Below the pieces are notes generated by a model. That model was not told the DNA's origin. It saw nothing but the letters and a program-made list of their open reading frames with translations, and ran no database searches. A DNA stretch of 64,000 nt from an uncultured Thiomicrospira sp. (GTDB taxonomy: Bacteria > Pseudomonadota > Gammaproteobacteria > CAKMZV01): NCBI GenBank assembly GCA_965195345.1, contig OZ239628.1, positions 1,088,001-1,152,000 on the forward strand, in the 5' to 3' direction. This document shows, one piece after another, positions 61,615 to 64,000 of the stretch. Every line of letters starts with the position of its first letter. Position 1 is the first letter of the stretch. The translations under genes were made by a program, and so were the position numbers.

Positions 61615-61826
61615 CAAACTATACAAAAGCAGATGCAACGCACTTACTGCAATGCCGTAGCTTTAATGGCAGTGTTGGAATTGATTATTCGATGGATTGC
61701 TTGCCATTAAAAACAACAAAGAGAGGTATGGCTAAAGTTGTGGTTTTTGGTTTTCGTAGCTTTGTATCAGAGGATGTAAGGATCAGATATGTTAAACCTG
61801 ATAGATTGATCGAGAAAAGTAAATGA
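61611..61826 (+). CDS. phage hypothetical protein (copy 2)
   Basis: Homologue of 47105-47320. Confidence 0.65.
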   Translation: MTNYTKADATHLLQCRSFNGSVGIDYSMDCLPLKTTKRGMAKVVVFGFRSFVSEDVRIRYVKPDRLIEKSK

Positions 61827-62164
61827 TTCAGCGCGTTAATCAAGATGTCTTTAATAGTGATTTTAAAACGCTTGTGAATGTAACCGTTGGCTATTGCTCG
61901 CCAATAGCGAGTACGTATTTAATTCGTGGTATAGATTTTGTTGTTGTTGTGTTGTCGTGTGATCTGATTCATTTGAATGAAGAATTACAGCGCATTCCAG
62001 AACACGGCTTATTCAATGTGCATACTTTTTCAGTGTTCAATGCTGAAAAACGTGAAGCTGACGCAGGCAGGACAGAAGACGCGGTCCATGCAAATCGCAT
62101 GTATAGATCACGAGTTGAATTCTATAAAAGCAGAGAGTATCAAATTGTGCAGGGTTTGACGTGA
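61823..62164 (+). CDS. phage hypothetical protein (copy 2)
   Basis: Homologue of 47317-47658. Confidence 0.65.
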   Translation: MIQRVNQDVFNSDFKTLVNVTVGYCSPIASTYLIRGIDFVVVVLSCDLIHLNEELQRIPEHGLFNVHTFSVFNAEKREADAGRTEDAVHANRMYRSRVEFYKSREYQIVQGLT

Positions 62165-63708
62165 TGAGCGATTATTTTTCGCCCTTACCGCCCGCCCTCG
62201 CCCGCATTGGCAATGCGCTTTCAGAAAATTACAAAGACTTTGAAGACTTTGAAAAAGGTTTTCAAGATGCGCCGTGCAGCCTTGATCTTGATGCTATTGA
62301 AAACGCGGGCGATCACATGGCGCATAAATGCTACGGCGCGCGTCTGCGCAACGGGGAAAAAGCTGTTTATGGCGTTGTGGGCGATGAATGCAGTAAATGG
62401 CGGGGCTATGCGGGGCTAACGCACACGGATGATGCCCTACTCGCCCGCGCTGAATCCTCAAGCTACTGGCGCAAGAAATGGAAGCAAGCAACGCTTCGCT
62501 GGTGGGCGCATACATTGATGAAAGAGGGATTAAACGCCAATTACATTGCTGATGATGTAGTCAACTTGGTAAATGAAGCACAAAAGCGTAGTAATAATTT
62601 GATGGCGCAGATGGTTGCCACGCATGAAGAGATGCCAACGTCCGCGAATACGATGGCATTACAAGAGGCAATTGATAAATCGGTTAGTAATCCCGATATA
62701 AAGATGGCTGAATTGATTGTACGGATGCGCGGTGCGCAGAAGTACGCCGACGAATTCGGGTATATCTGTACTTTCGTTACAGTTACAGCACCATCACGCT
62801 ATCACGCGAGCAAATCGAGCAATCCAGATATAGACAATGCACCGCTTGAGAGCAATCCAAAGTATGAAGATTTTACCCCCCGCGAAACGTCTCAATATTT
62901 GGGTGGTGTGTGGTCGCGAGTGCGGGCGAAATTTGCCCGCGATGGTTTAGATTATTTCGGTTTACGCGTTGCTGAACCGCATCGCAATGGCACACCCCAT
63001 CATCACTATACTATTTTTCACAAAAAAGAAGACACATACAAAATGCGTGGTGCTTTTTTGGAACACGGATTAAAAGATAGTGCAGGCGAATATGGAAGCA
63101 ACCATCGAATTGAATTCAAAGCAATAGATCGCTCGCGGGGCGATGTTATTGCATACCTAATCAAATATCTAACAAAGAACATAAACAGCAGACGCGCCCC
63201 GCGCGATTTATATGGAAAAGTTGATTATGTGCAGGCGTTGAAAGCGGTGACAGCGTGGGCAAAAGTATGGGGCATTCGCCAATTTCAGTCGATAGGCATT
63301 CAACCCGTAGGCGTTTGGCGTGAATTACGGCGGGCATCGCGTGATTATTGCGGACGCAACGCCCGCAAGATTGCAGGCGACAAGTACCGCCCATTACGAC
63401 AAGCAATGCAGGCATCCACAGACGGCGATTATTATCGCTATATGAAGTTGATGCACCGCTACAGTAAAAAAATACGCCTATTGAAAGAAACAGTAAAAAA
63501 CAAATATGATGAAGATGTAACAAAAACGCAGGGGCTTTTGTTTAAGGAAGCCAAGCCCGTCCAGATAATTACGCGCTTTATTAAATGGGTAATTGGAAAG
63601 GCAGAAGATTTGCTCGATGAAGCAGAACTTGAAGCGTGGCAAATACAGCAGACGCAGGCGGGTATGCAGGCGATCGCGGGCGTTCGCCCCGCTGTAATGC
63701 AGTTATGA
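62161..63708 (+). CDS. rolling-circle replication endonuclease (copy 2)
   Basis: Homologue of 47655-49205 with HUH and Y..KY motifs. Confidence 0.93.
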   Translation: MMSDYFSPLPPALARIGNALSENYKDFEDFEKGFQDAPCSLDLDAIENAGDHMAHKCYGARLRNGEKAVYGVVGDECSKWRGYAGLTHTDDALLARAESSSYWRKKWKQATLRWWAHTLMKEGLNANYIADDVVNLVNEAQKRSNNLMAQMVATHEEMPTSANTMALQEAIDKSVSNPDIKMAELIVRMRGAQKYADEFGYICTFVTVTAPSRYHASKSSNPDIDNAPLESNPKYEDFTPRETSQYLGGVWSRVRAKFARDGLDYFGLRVAEPHRNGTPHHHYTIFHKKEDTYKMRGAFLEHGLKDSAGEYGSNHRIEFKAIDRSRGDVIAYLIKYLTKNINSRRAPRDLYGKVDYVQALKAVTAWAKVWGIRQFQSIGIQPVGVWRELRRASRDYCGRNARKIAGDKYRPLRQAMQASTDGDYYRYMKLMHRYSKKIRLLKETVKNKYDEDVTKTQGLLFKEAKPVQIITRFIKWVIGKAEDLLDEAELEAWQIQQTQAGMQAIAGVRPAVMQL

Positions 63709-63766
63709 ACAAGTCAACGCGGGCGGGCGTTCCGAAGCTCTACCCGCGTTTTTTTGGTTTTTCTTA

Positions 63767-63793
63767 AAACTTGGACTTGTATCAATAACTGTA
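63767..63793 (+). other. putative rolling-circle origin (copy 2)
   Basis: Identical to 49264-49290. Confidence 0.7.
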
Positions 63794-63851
63794 CGGAGAT
63801 TTAGAAGAAAGGAAATATTTACCAGGGCAAAAAAATAATTAGAGGTGGTCA

Positions 63852-64000
63852 ATGGAAAAAATAGAAATTTACGAAGAAGCTTCTGAAATTGAGGAGGCTA
63901 CCACGCGCATACTGCAAAGCATGAGAGCGCAATTATTGCCTGCAGAAGTACGGACGTTGTTACAGCGTACAGCTGTATTGAATTTAAGAATGGCAAGAGA
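63852..64000 (+). CDS. partial homologue of 49349-49525
   Basis: Same start and frame, cut by window end. Confidence 0.65.
   Translation, partial: MEKIEIYEEASEIEEATTRILQSMRAQLLPAEVRTLLQRTAVLNLRMAR

Larger units (their letters stand above)
58286..64000 (+). mobile_element. second related prophage, truncated by window end
   Basis: Colinear with copy 1 but different repressor N-terminus, operators and a two-gene insertion. Confidence 0.92.

Noticed and set aside
58286-64000. Second prophage as an assembly duplication
   Set aside because: Different repressor, operators, a two-gene insertion and many substitutions argue for a distinct element.

Overview
AT-rich gammaproteobacterial chromosome segment. 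Bases 1-43.2 kb are densely packed housekeeping genes (RND pump, proA-nadD-rsfS-rlmH-yhdP-bioH/bioC, proC-yggT-thiS-thiG-trmB-xthA, mutY, sdaA, thrS-infC-ilvE, gmhA-hldE-hldD, tpiA-glnA, coaBC-dut, a bufferin-type DUF2282/DUF692/DUF2063 RiPP cluster, nudE, queF, rlmE, yhbY, metZ). A stand-alone tyrosine recombinase gene (43235-44386) follows, with a perfect 11-6-11 palindromic site just upstream (44443-44470). Starting at that site are two tandem, non-identical, integrase-less tailless prophages of the PM2/corticovirus type (double-jelly-roll capsid, FtsK-like packaging ATPase, P2 gpA-like rolling-circle Rep). Copy 1 is complete (13,834 bp unit, 44452-58285) and copy 2 runs off the window. Most striking: each prophage carries a second, inverted copy of the recombination site inside the 3' end of its repressor gene. 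Flipping the ~470-bp segment between the two sites would fuse the repressor in frame to an otherwise start-less 133-codon C-terminal domain, which suggests a recombinase-driven inversion switch on phage immunity. All calls were made by eye from sequence and recalled motifs; no database searches were run.
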